The notes under the pieces are model-generated. The model was not told the DNA's origin. It worked only from the letters and a program-made list of their open reading frames with translations, and did not search any database. Made by a program: the position numbers and the translations under genes. A DNA stretch of 64,000 nt, from assembly GCA_963666835.2 (NCBI GenBank), contig CAXXGO010000001.1, positions 480,001-544,000 of the forward strand. Reading direction: 5' to 3'. This DNA is from Phycisphaerae bacterium (GTDB lineage Bacteria; Planctomycetota; Phycisphaerae; UBA1845). Positions 30,648 through 41,180 of the stretch are shown here, piece after piece. How positions within the stretch are numbered: the stretch's first letter is position 1; each line of letters begins with the position of its first letter.

Positions 30648-33600
30648 ATGTCGCGTCCTGGCACATCCGGATTGATGATCTCGCTGGCTATCCTGTCTTC
30701 GGTAAGCGCCCAGACTGTGGTCCATGTTGACATTGATGCTCCACCTGGCGGAGGTGGGACGTCCTGGACGACGGCCTACGACTCACTGTCCGCAGCTCTG
30801 GCGGCCGCACAACCGGGCGATCAGATCTGGGTGGCGGCCGGACGGTATGTGGGCAACTTCACGCTTGCGCGTGGCGTGCAGCTCTACGGCGGCTTCGCAG
30901 GCACGGAGACTGAGCTCGATCAGCGCGACTGGACGATCAACAAGACGATCCTAGATGGCGACCAAAACGGCAGCGTGGTCACATCGCCAACCAGAGCAAC
31001 CGAGACAACTCGAATAGACGGCTTCACGATTACGGGAGGTAATGCCTACCACGGCGGCGGGCTGCACCTTGGGAGTTCCTCGCCGACTATCGCGAACAAC
31101 ACGATCACGGGAAACAGGGCATCCTACTCTGGCGGTGGGGTCTATTTGTCGTACTCCGATGCGACGATTGCGAACAACACGATCACGGGCAACACGGCTA
31201 GTAAGTACGGTGGTGGGCTGTATCTGTCGTATTCGGATGCGACGATTGCGAACAACACGATCACGGGCAACACGGCTAGCAACTACGGTGGTGGGCTGTA
31301 TCTGTCGTATTCCGATGCGACGATTGCGAACGACACGATCACGAGCAACAGCGCCTACAGCGGCGGCGGGCTGTACGTCGAGGATTCCTCCCCGATGATC
31401 GCAAACACGATCATCGCGTTCAACTCGTCCGGGATGCACCTGGAGGACGACGAAAGCGCGCCGACCCATCGGTATAACTGCGTCTACGGCAACACCGAGT
31501 ACGACTACGATGGCCTCTCGGACCCCACCGGGACCGACGGCAACATCTCCCAAGATCCGTTGCTTGCCGATGCCCAGTATGGCAACGTACACATCCAGCC
31601 GGATTCGCCTTGTGTCGATGTCGGAAGCAACTCGGGTGCTTATGGTGAATCCGATCTGGACGGAGAGCCCCGCATCCATCCGGTGGACGGAATCGTGGAC
31701 ATCGGAGCCGACGAGTCGGATGGTACGGTGTGGCCACCGGGTCCGTACGCCGTTGTACGAGTGAGCCCGCTGGGGGACGATTTCAACGACGGCTTGTCCT
31801 GGGCCCAGGCCAAATGCACGGTCCAGGCGGGAGTCGACGCGGCATCGGTGCTGGGTGGCGAGGTGTGGGTGCAGTCTGGCTCTTACGAGGAGAACATTAC
31901 CCTACGCCCCTATGCCTATCTCTATGGAGGATTCGCTGGCGACGAAGAGGTTCGGGACGATCGGAACTGGGTCAACAATGTTACGGTTCTCGACGGCCGG
32001 CAGCGAGGTTCGGTTGTGACGGCAACAGTGGGCAATGGCGTTGTCGGCGCCATCGACGGTTTCACGATCACGGGAGGTAACGCCCGTTACGGCGGCGGTG
32101 GCGGACTGTATCTGCGGTATTCCTCTCCGACGATTGCGAACAACACGATTACGGGAAACACGGCTAACACCCTCGCCGGCGGCGGCGGATTGTATCTGTG
32201 GTATTCCTCCCCGACAATTGTGAACAATACGATTACGAGAAACGGCGGATCCGACCACGGCGGCGGACTGTACCTTGGCAATTCCTCCCCGACGATCGCG
32301 AACAACACGATCACGAGCAACACGGCTAGCCACTCCGGCGGCGGGCTGTTTCTCGTGTCTTCCTCCCCAACGATTGCAAACAACACGATCACGGGCAACA
32401 GTGCCCAATACGGTGGCGGGTTACACCTCGGGTGTAGCTCCCCGACGATCACGAACACGATCATCGCGTTCAACTCTTCTGGCGTTTGCGGGTACGCCGA
32501 CGTAAGCCCGCCGGTCCTTCGGCACAACTGCGTCTACGGCAACACCGCGTACGACTGGTATGGTCTGGACCCCACCGGGACCAACGGCAACATCTCGCAA
32601 GACCCGTTGTTTGCCGACGCACGGTATGACAACGTACACATCCAGCCGGATTCGCCTTGTGTCAACGCCGGAAGCAACCCGGATTCCTACGGTGATTTCG
32701 ACGTGGATGGAGAGCCCCGCATCCATCCGGTGGACGGAATCGTGGACATCGGAGCCGACGAGTCAAACGGTACGTTGTGGCCACCCGGGCCGTATGCCGT
32801 CATACGGGTGAGCCCCCTGGGGGACGATATCAACGATGGCTCGTCCTGGGCCCAGGCCAAGTGTACGGTTCAGGCGGGAGTCGACGCGGCATCGGCGCTG
32901 GGTGGCGAGGTGTGGGTGCAGTCCGGTTCTTACGAAGAGAACATCATCCTACATCCCTATGCGTACCTCTATGGAGGCTTCGCCGGCGACGAAGAAGTTC
33001 GGGACGAGCGGGACTGGGTTGGCAACGTTACGATTCTCGACGGCCGGCAGCAAGGCTCGGTGGTGACCGCAAAAGTGGGCAATGGCGTTGTCAGCGCCAT
33101 CGACGGTTTCACGATTACGGCAGGTATCGCCAGTTGCGGCGGCGGGTTGTACCTTGAGAACTCCTCGCCGACGATCGCGAACAACACGATCATGAGAAAC
33201 AGTGCCAACTGCGGTGGCGGCGGGCTGTGTCTCGTGTATTCCTCGCCGACGATCGCGAACAACACCATTACGGGAAACGGTGGATCCGAACACGGCGGCG
33301 GGCTGTATCTTTACAATTCCTCCCCGACGATTGCGAACAACACGATCACGAGCAACACGGCTGGCGGCTTCGGCGGTGGGATGCACCTGTTTGGATCCTC
33401 CCCGATGATTGCGAACAACACAATCATGGGGAACAATGCCCAACCCGGTGGCGGATTGTGCCTTGAGGATTCCTCCCCGACGATCACGAACACGATTATC
33501 GCGTTCAACTCGTCCGGGGTCTACGGCTGCACATACCGCGACGTAACTACGCCGATTCTCAGGTACAACTGCGTCCACGGCAACACCGAGTACAACTATG

Positions 33601-34145
33601 ACGGCCTCTCGGACCCCACCGGGACCGACGGCAACATCTCGCAAGACCCGTTGTTTGTGCGAGATCCCGACGATGGTGGCGACGGCTGGGGTGATGATCC
33701 CGACACGCTGGCCATCGACGAAAGCGCCAACGACGACTACGGCAACCTCCGCCATCTGCCCGGCTCGCCGTGCATCGACGCCGCCGACAACGATGCCGTC
33801 CTCAACGACATGCTCGACATTGACGGTGATGGCGACGTGACCGAACCGATCCCGTTCGACCTCGATGGTTACACCCGCTTCGTGGATGACCCGCGGACGG
33901 TGGATGCGGGCAATCCCGGCGGGCAGGGGCCGCCCGTTGTCGATATGGGCGCCTACGAGTTCCGCCCGGGGGACTGCGGCCATGACGGTGCTGTGGACAT
34001 GTCCGACTACGCAGGGTGGGAGAGCTGTCTGTTGGGTCCCGTGGACCAGACCCCGGCCGGGTGCGAGTGCTTCGACGTAAACGGCGACGATCACGTTGAC
34101 CTCGCGGACTTCGCCGTGCTTCAGGTGAATCTTACGGGGCCGTGA
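30648..34145 (+). CDS. Secreted right-handed beta-helix repeat protein with three tandem ~350-aa modules and a C-terminal dockerin
   Basis: GGAGGAG RBS; signal peptide; many GGGLYLxxSSPTIANNTITxN repeats; ~1.05-kb internal DNA duplication; FDVNGDDHVDLADFAVLQ tail. Confidence 0.88.
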   Translation: MSRPGTSGLMISLAILSSVSAQTVVHVDIDAPPGGGGTSWTTAYDSLSAALAAAQPGDQIWVAAGRYVGNFTLARGVQLYGGFAGTETELDQRDWTINKTILDGDQNGSVVTSPTRATETTRIDGFTITGGNAYHGGGLHLGSSSPTIANNTITGNRASYSGGGVYLSYSDATIANNTITGNTASKYGGGLYLSYSDATIANNTITGNTASNYGGGLYLSYSDATIANDTITSNSAYSGGGLYVEDSSPMIANTIIAFNSSGMHLEDDESAPTHRYNCVYGNTEYDYDGLSDPTGTDGNISQDPLLADAQYGNVHIQPDSPCVDVGSNSGAYGESDLDGEPRIHPVDGIVDIGADESDGTVWPPGPYAVVRVSPLGDDFNDGLSWAQAKCTVQAGVDAASVLGGEVWVQSGSYEENITLRPYAYLYGGFAGDEEVRDDRNWVNNVTVLDGRQRGSVVTATVGNGVVGAIDGFTITGGNARYGGGGGLYLRYSSPTIANNTITGNTANTLAGGGGLYLWYSSPTIVNNTITRNGGSDHGGGLYLGNSSPTIANNTITSNTASHSGGGLFLVSSSPTIANNTITGNSAQYGGGLHLGCSSPTITNTIIAFNSSGVCGYADVSPPVLRHNCVYGNTAYDWYGLDPTGTNGNISQDPLFADARYDNVHIQPDSPCVNAGSNPDSYGDFDVDGEPRIHPVDGIVDIGADESNGTLWPPGPYAVIRVSPLGDDINDGSSWAQAKCTVQAGVDAASALGGEVWVQSGSYEENIILHPYAYLYGGFAGDEEVRDERDWVGNVTILDGRQQGSVVTAKVGNGVVSAIDGFTITAGIASCGGGLYLENSSPTIANNTIMRNSANCGGGGLCLVYSSPTIANNTITGNGGSEHGGGLYLYNSSPTIANNTITSNTAGGFGGGMHLFGSSPMIANNTIMGNNAQPGGGLCLEDSSPTITNTIIAFNSSGVYGCTYRDVTTPILRYNCVHGNTEYNYDGLSDPTGTDGNISQDPLFVRDPDDGGDGWGDDPDTLAIDESANDDYGNLRHLPGSPCIDAADNDAVLNDMLDIDGDGDVTEPIPFDLDGYTRFVDDPRTVDAGNPGGQGPPVVDMGAYEFRPGDCGHDGAVDMSDYAGWESCLLGPVDQTPAGCECFDVNGDDHVDLADFAVLQVNLTGP

Positions 34146-34383
34146 GGCGGGTGCGGCGTTGTTCGTAGCGTACGTGGCGAGACCTTTACGAGCCCGGATG
34201 TTGCCCCAGCACGCCCTCGATCATGGCCCGCAGCCCAGCTCGGACGGACGGCGGGAGCTGGCCCCACGACTCGATTACGAACACGAGCTCCGGATCCGCG
34301 GCCCCAGGCGGCGCCATGCATGGCGCCATGCGCGATTCCGCACTACCCGTAACTGCCGCCCCGGCCAGAGCTTGCGCCCCCGG

Positions 34384-34412
34384 GGACGGGGGTTCGATTC
34401 CCCCCGCCTCCA
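34384..34412 (+). other. tmRNA (ssrA) 3'-end fragment acting as integration att core
   Basis: GGAC-GGGGG-TTCGATT-CCCCC-CGCCTCC-A = T-arm plus acceptor 3' strand with U70 and A73 (Ala identity). No matching 5' half found upstream; an integrase starts ~220 bp downstream. Confidence 0.8.
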
Positions 34413-34630
34413 GTTCGTAAGTACTTATTTCACAAGCACTTGCGCGCCGGAAAACGGCAATACGGGTACTATATCGGGTACTCTGTTTCCGGGCGCGGGA
34501 CAAATCACAGCCCATCCGGGCTGAAATTCACAGCTCTTCCCTTCCGCTCTTCTAGCGGGAAGCTCGATTTGCGGCCAAGACGCCGAGCACCTTTTGCAGG
34601 CGGGGATGCCCCGCGGAAAGGGCGCGTCCG

Positions 34631-35827
34631 ATGGCGAGCCTCGCGAAAGAGAAGGGCAAGTACTACCGGATCCACTGGAAGTTCGTGGTCGGCGCCGGTC
34701 CCCAAGCCGGCCAGACGATCGAGGGCAGCCTCTACCTCGGCCGGTGCACGCGGGCTGCAGCGAGGATCCGGCTTCGTGAAGTGGAGATCTGGGAGGAAGC
34801 GGTCAAGACCGGCCGCCACCTGCCCGACGGCCAGTGGCAGGAGATCTACAAGCTGTGGCTGCGGGAGAAGGAACTCAGCTACGCGCCGCAATCGTTGGAG
34901 CGAGCCCAGCGCGTCATCTCGATCTACGTGCGTTGGCGAGAACGGAAGCGTTTGCCATGCTCGCACATCGAAGAACTTGCCTGCCGACAAGACCTGCTAC
35001 GTTGGCGCGACTATCGACTTGACCGTGAGGCCGGGCGCAAGACGGTAGCGAACGACCTCGCGACACTCTCATCTCTGTTCGAGTGGTGCGTTCATGAGAG
35101 GTACCTCAGCGAGAATCCGATCCACCGGGTGACACGCCCTCGCTTTGTAACCAAGAAGGAGGGAACGCCGCTTACGCGTGAGCAGGCCGGCCGCTGGCTT
35201 TGGTCCATCAAAGCGCGGCGCACGCGAAGCGGGCGAGGGCCGCGCAGCTGGGATGAAGTACGGCGCAAACGCCAGCTCGCGGTATTCCTGCTCAATACCG
35301 GCGTCCGCAACGGCGAGCTGTGCGCGTTAAGCATCGAGGATCTCCGCGTCGATGACGATGAGCAGCTTCTCTACGTCATGGGTAAGGGGCTCAAGCAGCG
35401 TTGGGTTCCATTAAACGGTGCCGCGCTCGCGGCAGTTCGATGCCATCTCCAAAGTCGTGGCAATCCGACTCGCGGCCCGTTGTTCGTTACGTGTGCAGGA
35501 GAGCGATACAACGTCCGGCAGCTTGCCTCGGAGTTTGCCGATATGGGCCGGTGCTACGCCGAGGAGATCAACGTCAATCCGCACAACCTGCGCCACACTT
35601 TCGCCACCTGGCTGGCACGATCCACGTCGAACGTTTCGTTGGTCCAGAAGATCCTCGGCCACGAAGACGTGAACACGACGTTCAGGTACTACGTGCACAC
35701 GGCCGACTACGAGCTGGCCGGCGCCACGGCAAGCTTGAGGGGTAAGCCCAAGGAGAACGGTGCACACCGATCTCGCGGGCTAGACACGTTCAAGGTCATC
35801 CCGTTTCCCGGGCGACGCGTCGTCTGA
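34631..35827 (+). CDS. Tyrosine recombinase/integrase
   Basis: Catalytic motifs TGVRNGEL (R), GKG (K), HNLRH (HxxR), LGH, and TTFRYY (Y). Confidence 0.93.
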   Translation: MASLAKEKGKYYRIHWKFVVGAGPQAGQTIEGSLYLGRCTRAAARIRLREVEIWEEAVKTGRHLPDGQWQEIYKLWLREKELSYAPQSLERAQRVISIYVRWRERKRLPCSHIEELACRQDLLRWRDYRLDREAGRKTVANDLATLSSLFEWCVHERYLSENPIHRVTRPRFVTKKEGTPLTREQAGRWLWSIKARRTRSGRGPRSWDEVRRKRQLAVFLLNTGVRNGELCALSIEDLRVDDDEQLLYVMGKGLKQRWVPLNGAALAAVRCHLQSRGNPTRGPLFVTCAGERYNVRQLASEFADMGRCYAEEINVNPHNLRHTFATWLARSTSNVSLVQKILGHEDVNTTFRYYVHTADYELAGATASLRGKPKENGAHRSRGLDTFKVIPFPGRRVV

Positions 35828-35891
35828 TGCGGGGGAGCAGCCCGGGGCGGATGTCCGACGGTTGGCGCCTCGACTTGCGTGGACAGGATGA

Positions 35892-36119
35892 TTATGCCAG
35901 TTTGCGTTGTGCTCGCTTATCGAGATGGGCTTGCTGGTTGTGGCGCTTGCGGCAATGCTCGATGACGTAGCTCCATAACCACCGTGGTTTGCCGGAGATC
36001 CCCATGCAGGGCCCAGGCAGTTCGCCGCGCGCAACCAAGCGGCGAACTGTACGAGGGTGAACACCGAGCCTCTGTGCGAGTTGCACTTGATCCACGAATT
36101 CATCGTGGCCATCAGCCAT
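35892..36119 (-). CDS. Excisionase/AlpA-like HTH protein
   Basis: 75 aa: QLAQRLGVHPRTVRRLVARGELPGP...RW; convergent with the integrase. Confidence 0.75.
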   Translation of the reverse strand: MADGHDEFVDQVQLAQRLGVHPRTVRRLVARGELPGPCMGISGKPRWLWSYVIEHCRKRHNQQAHLDKRAQRKLA

Positions 36120-36288
36120 CGTCAGCGGCGTGGTTGTGCGACCGGAAGTTGAACCGTGGCCGGGCACACCGGCCTCCACGGTAGATTGCCGTCTTCGGTC
36201 ATCGCCTCCGGGTAGGTGGCCTCGCTCCACCGTACTGTGAAGCCGGCTGTTCCTATTCGACTTCGCTCGTTTGTGTGGCATTGGATGC

Positions 36289-37915
36289 TCAACCGCACGA
36301 ATTATGCAGGCAGCTGTCGCACACGAAGCAGCCGGCTTCGCGGCGCATGCGCCGGTTGCAGAATGGGCACGATCGACCTGCGGCCCGTTCGGCGGCCCCG
36401 TCCGGGCAGGTAGATCCGCCCAATGCCTCTTCGATCGCCCGGGCAATCGCGTCCGGGCAGGACAAAACGTCGATGCCGTTATGGCTCTTCCGTGCCGCCG
36501 CCGTCGACGGGCACCGGATGCCGCGCAGCTGCTCGATCAGCTCCTTCGGGCTTACGCCAGATCGCAAGGCCGTGGAAACCGCCCGACACGTTGCCTCCGA
36601 CTGCGACGGGCAACCGCCGGCCTTGCCGAGATTAGCGAACACTTCGCACAGCCCGGCCTCATCTCGGTTGACCGTAACGAAGAGCGTTCCACAGCCCATG
36701 CGGAACTTGAAAGTCTGCCCACTCGTGACACGGCTACGAGTCCTGGGGGTCGGCCCGCTACCTGACGCGGTAACGCCCTTGTCGTTCAGGGTCGAAAGCG
36801 TCTGACCACGCCGTGAACCATCGCGGTACACGGTGATCCCTTTGCAGCCAAGTTCGAAGGCCATCCGAAACACCTTGTCGACCTCGGTAGCGCCAGCGCT
36901 ATTCGGCAGATTGACCGTCTTGGAGACGGCGTTATCGACGTTCTCCTGAAACGCCGATTGCATGAGCACATGCCAGTCCGGAGTGACCTCATGGGCGGTC
37001 ACAAGAAGCTCGGCGATGCCCTTGGGGATGCCGGACACGTCGGTTGCAGGAACGCCCTCCAGCAGGGCCTCGCGGACGCGGTCGTCTATCCAGCCGTCGC
37101 GCAGGCCGATTCTCTCGAGGAGCGGGTGTACCTGAATGAACTCCTGACCCTCCAGGGCGTTTCGGCGATAGGCCAGGCTGTAGATCGGTTCGATCCCGCT
37201 GCTGCAGCCGGCAATGATGCTGATGCTGCCCGTCGGTGCGATGGTCGTGCAGGAAGCGTTGCGCATGGGCGAGCCATGCTCCGAATCCCAAATGCTCCCT
37301 GCCCAGTTCGGGAAACTGCCGCGCTCCTCGGCCAATTGTGAGCTTGCGCCGTGGGCGTGATCCTGGATGAAGCGGCTGACCCCCGAAGCGAACCCGAGCG
37401 CCGCGTCACTGTCATAACGCATTCCCAGCAGGATCAGCGTGTCGGCTAAGCCCATGACGCCCAACCCGATCTTGCGGTTGCCGAGAGATCGCGATCGGAT
37501 CTCTTTGGTCGGATAGTGGGTCAAGTCAACGACGTCATCGAGGAACCGGATAGAGAGCTTCACAGCCTTGCCGAGAGAATCCCAATCCAGGTCCCCGGCG
37601 TCCTCGTCGACGAACGTGGCGAGATTGATCGAACCGAGATTGCAGGCCTCGTTCGGGAGCAGAGGCATCTCACCACAGGGATTGGTCGCTTCGATCCGGC
37701 CAAGCCCGGGCGTTGGGTTGTCCTCGTTAACACGGTCGATGAAGCAGACACCGGGTTCACCCGTCGCGTGAGCGTTATTGACGATCATGTTCCAGACGTC
37801 GCGCCGGCTGTAGCAGGGAACGCCTGCGTCACCGGCTGGCACGAGATCCTGGAGTGAGTAACCGGGCAGGGAGACCACACGCGGGATCACGTATCGGTGA
37901 CCGGTTCGCCGCGAA
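36289..37915 (-). pseudogene. nrdJ: Class II (B12-dependent) ribonucleotide reductase, N-terminally truncated, with TSCPD domain and Zn ribbon
   Basis: GEPG, TNPCGE, CNLGSINL, RKIGLGVMG, TTIAPTGSIS, SKTVN, KGITVYRDGSR, LSCPDAIA, CPFC...CDSC. The N-terminal part with the other redox cysteine is missing; the 5' limit is approximate. Confidence 0.85.
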
Positions 37916-37916
37916 C

Positions 37917-38180
37917 ATGAACGACGCCCTGGACCATGTGATGAGTGAATTAGGTGTTGGTGTGAAGCCGGGACGAGACCGGCCATCGAGTGGGAAGCCG
38001 GTTAACCAGCCCACGGCTGCGAAGCCTACGGCGCCCAAGCCGCACGGTAAGCCGCCCGGCAAGGACGAGGAGCTCGAGGCCCTGTCCAAAATTGACCTCC
38101 AGCGCCATGCGGCGAGCGTGCTCGGCCTGGACCCCGAGACGGTGAAGAAGGCCACGACGAAGCAGTCAGGCCAATCCTGA
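37917..38180 (+). CDS. Short hypothetical ORF, probably the 3' remnant of a gene truncated at the same junction as nrdJ
   Basis: Back-to-back with the nrdJ remnant with no promoter space; stop lies 8 bp before the WD40 gene. Confidence 0.4.
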   Translation: MNDALDHVMSELGVGVKPGRDRPSSGKPVNQPTAAKPTAPKPHGKPPGKDEELEALSKIDLQRHAASVLGLDPETVKKATTKQSGQS

Positions 38181-38188
38181 CGAGGTCG

Positions 38189-40051
38189 ATGATCGAAACT
38201 GAGCTTATCTCGTGTGCATTGTTGGGCGGCGGTCGATCGCGACCGGGCTTGTGGATCCTACGTCCTGGCGACGGCGAGCCCACACGGATTGCCAATCTCG
38301 AACTTGGCCAGAGTGTCTACGCAATCGACGTGGACGCGGACGCTGGATTGATCGTACTTGGCACACGAAGTGGAAGCATAAAGGTCCTGCCCGTGCGGGA
38401 GGAATCCGCGGGGCCGGGCCAACAGGAACACGTCACCCTATCCCAGAACGCCCCCCTTCTGGCAGTATGTTTCGCCGGCAAGGACCGTGTTGTCGGCGCT
38501 GACGCTGCCGGCCGATGTTTGCTGTGGAACCCCCTTGATCGCAGCAATGGTGCAACGCCCCTTGAAGTCAAGGGAGGTACCGTCTGTTCGGTCTTGCCGC
38601 TCACGCAGGAGTCGGTCATTGGTCTTTCGACCGATGGCAAGCTGTTGATCTGGGACGTGCGGACCGGCACTCTCACGCGCGTCGTCGACGCACACAAACC
38701 CTGCAAGAAGCATGCGCTGGTCCGGCTGCGCCACTGGGCCGCCCGCAACGCTATCGTATACGCGTCTAGCGAGGGCGACCTTGTAGTCTGGGAAATCGAC
38801 TCGCAGCAAGCAAACCTTCTCCCCGCCCACTCTGGCGAGTTCTACGTCATCATGGCGGCTGGCGACCGGCTGTACACGATAGGCAGGAACGATGGGTTGC
38901 TGAAGGTATGGGATCCAACCGCCACGAACTGTTGCCGGCAGATCGGCGCGCCGAAGGGCGTTGCCGCTGGAGACATCCTCCCGGATCACACTGACAAGAT
39001 GCTCCTCGTCAACGACGAAGGACAAGCAGCCATTTACGAGATCAACGCGAACTCGCTGCGAGTGCTGCGCCGGTTTGCAGGTGACAGCTATCGAAGCGTG
39101 TATTGCAGCTCCCAAGAAGCACGGAGAGCCTTCGAACAGAGATGGCGAGTTACGAGGGGGGAGCAGCTTCAAGAGCAGATTCGAGCCAAGATAGACGCTG
39201 GCGAATGCGAGGCTCTCGAGGAGTTCTACCAGGAGTTGATCACGCTTGGCTTTGAGCTGGTCGCGCTTGCCCTTCGCGCCCGGCAGGCCGCAAAGGAACA
39301 CGATGATCTTGGCACACTTGGAGCCATCCACGCACTGGTGACTGGCCTGCCGCACGAAGAGAAAACGCGATCCTCGTGGCTTCACCGTTACGCCCAAGTA
39401 CTCGAGTCGCTCTGGTGCCTTGAAGAGGCTCGTGCAGCCCAGCGAGAAGCTGGCGTCGGACAGGCGGTTTCCCACTGGCTCGATGAGGCTGCCAGGGTCA
39501 TCGCGGCGGACAATTGGATCGCAGAGCCAGACGCGCCGTTGCCCGCCTTGATCGAGGCGGCGACGATCATCGGAACGCCGTTTCGCGGGAGATGGGTTTT
39601 GGCGGTGTCCGCGCAGCTGAAATACGACGCCGGGACGCTAACCCCCCAGACGCTTACTGCCGCATACAAGGAAGTCAGGCGGAAGCGCGTGTCCGCGGGG
39701 GCGCTTCCCGCCAGGATCGAAAGCCCTTGGTGGATATCGCGAGCGTCGGTGCAAGAGGTAGGCACCATTCTTCTCGGAGATACGGCAAGGCAGGCAGTTC
39801 CGGGGATTCGGCCGGCCGTCCAGATTCGCAACGAGGCGCATCACATCGTGGCAATGCCTGTGATCCTTCTGGAGACCGGTCGCCCGACGGACGACATTGA
39901 TGTCGAGGAACACAATCAACGAGTCCTATCTGTCTGCGAAGAAGTGAGCCACCTGGAGCCAGACGATCTCTGGCCACGCGCAACCTATCACGACATGATC
40001 CAGGCTCTGCGCGCGCTGAACACTAAGGCTCGACGCGACAGGCGGCTGTAG
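38189..40051 (+). CDS. WD40-like beta-propeller protein with helical C-terminal region
   Basis: Repeats DGKLLIWD, EGDLVVWE, AHSGE...DGLLKVWD. Confidence 0.75.
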   Translation: MIETELISCALLGGGRSRPGLWILRPGDGEPTRIANLELGQSVYAIDVDADAGLIVLGTRSGSIKVLPVREESAGPGQQEHVTLSQNAPLLAVCFAGKDRVVGADAAGRCLLWNPLDRSNGATPLEVKGGTVCSVLPLTQESVIGLSTDGKLLIWDVRTGTLTRVVDAHKPCKKHALVRLRHWAARNAIVYASSEGDLVVWEIDSQQANLLPAHSGEFYVIMAAGDRLYTIGRNDGLLKVWDPTATNCCRQIGAPKGVAAGDILPDHTDKMLLVNDEGQAAIYEINANSLRVLRRFAGDSYRSVYCSSQEARRAFEQRWRVTRGEQLQEQIRAKIDAGECEALEEFYQELITLGFELVALALRARQAAKEHDDLGTLGAIHALVTGLPHEEKTRSSWLHRYAQVLESLWCLEEARAAQREAGVGQAVSHWLDEAARVIAADNWIAEPDAPLPALIEAATIIGTPFRGRWVLAVSAQLKYDAGTLTPQTLTAAYKEVRRKRVSAGALPARIESPWWISRASVQEVGTILLGDTARQAVPGIRPAVQIRNEAHHIVAMPVILLETGRPTDDIDVEEHNQRVLSVCEEVSHLEPDDLWPRATYHDMIQALRALNTKARRDRRL

Positions 40052-40958
40052 ACGGCTTGGCGGGATCCATGTCGCGACTCGGTCGTTCCCAGGTAAATGG
40101 CAGCCGCCAGGCCCCGCGCCGACAAATCGCCGTTGGAAGCGACGGCTGGAATCGACGCTGCTGACACATCAGCATCAAGCTACGCGCGGCCGAAGCCCCG
40201 CGACCCAGCGATTGTGAGCGCCGGTGCCGGCCAGCTCGTTGGGGTCAAACCCCCGACGAGCTAGATGTGAGCCAGTTTCACGAGCGGGCCCCCAGTGCTG
40301 TTACAGCAATGGATCGCTCCAGCGTGCCCGCGCCCCGCCGTCGTGCGTCCGATCATCGAATACGACGTAACCTCTGCTATCGGGCGTGGCGGGTGCACGG
40401 AGCCTTGTATGTCGGCCGACGTCCAGCTTGGGAAGCTCGTTCCCGATCTAACCGACTGGCTCTTAAAGCCTTTGGCAGCAGTAGCTTAGCGTGTTCTCCG
40501 GTTTTCGCAAATCGTCGCATTCTGACGCATTTTGGCGCGTTTTGTGGTAGTACTACCACTTCTGTGCCATCTATCTGGCACTGAGCAACGCTTCGCGGCT
40601 CTCCCAGCCAGAAGACCCACGCAGGGCACGGAACCGAACTCAATTAACGCCCCGCGAAGCCGGCCGTTACGACGCATCCCCCCCATCCTTCTGCGAGGGA
40701 CACGAACGGACATCACAGGGGACCGATCCTGGCCGAGTGCTGGTCCTGAGCGCCCCGTGCCTGCCAAGACGACAGGCAGCCCGGCTGTTGGCTGGACACC
40801 TGATTCGCGACGCGCGTTCGTGAAGATAAGGTACTGCTGCGCCGATGGCCTCCTCGTTCCGACCATGCGGAAGAACGCGGGCGCGCTGTCGAGTAAGGGA
40901 TGCAGGGAGCGAAAACGCATTTCACGAATTGCCGGATAATGTCCGCGGAGCAACGAAC

Positions 40959-41180
40959 ATGCGTCGCCAACGAGAGAAATCTAAGAGTATGAAGGAGCTC
41001 AGGCTGGCCAGCCTGAAGACCATCTCAGAGCTTGTCGATGCCAACCGTTCCACCGTGCGTCGCTGGCTCGCCCAGGCCGATATTCACCCGGTAGCGCTTG
41101 GCCACGGGCGGAACGGTGCGATCCGGTTCTACTGGCGCGACGTTGAACAGTGGCTGACCTCTCAAGAAGAGATCGACTGA
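40959..41180 (+). CDS. Small HTH (excisionase/MerR-like) protein
   Basis: GGAG RBS; SLKTISELVDANRSTVRRWL...IRFYWRDVEQWL. Confidence 0.7.
   Translation: MRRQREKSKSMKELRLASLKTISELVDANRSTVRRWLAQADIHPVALGHGRNGAIRFYWRDVEQWLTSQEEID

Noticed and set aside
31090..33520. AACAAC-rich repeats as a DGR template repeat
   Set aside because: They are the coding Asn ladders of the beta-helix protein and share no flanks with the VR-like segments.
34146..34412. Complete tRNA-Ala or tmRNA gene
   Set aside because: No 5' acceptor strand or D/anticodon arms at suitable distances; only the 3' fragment is present.
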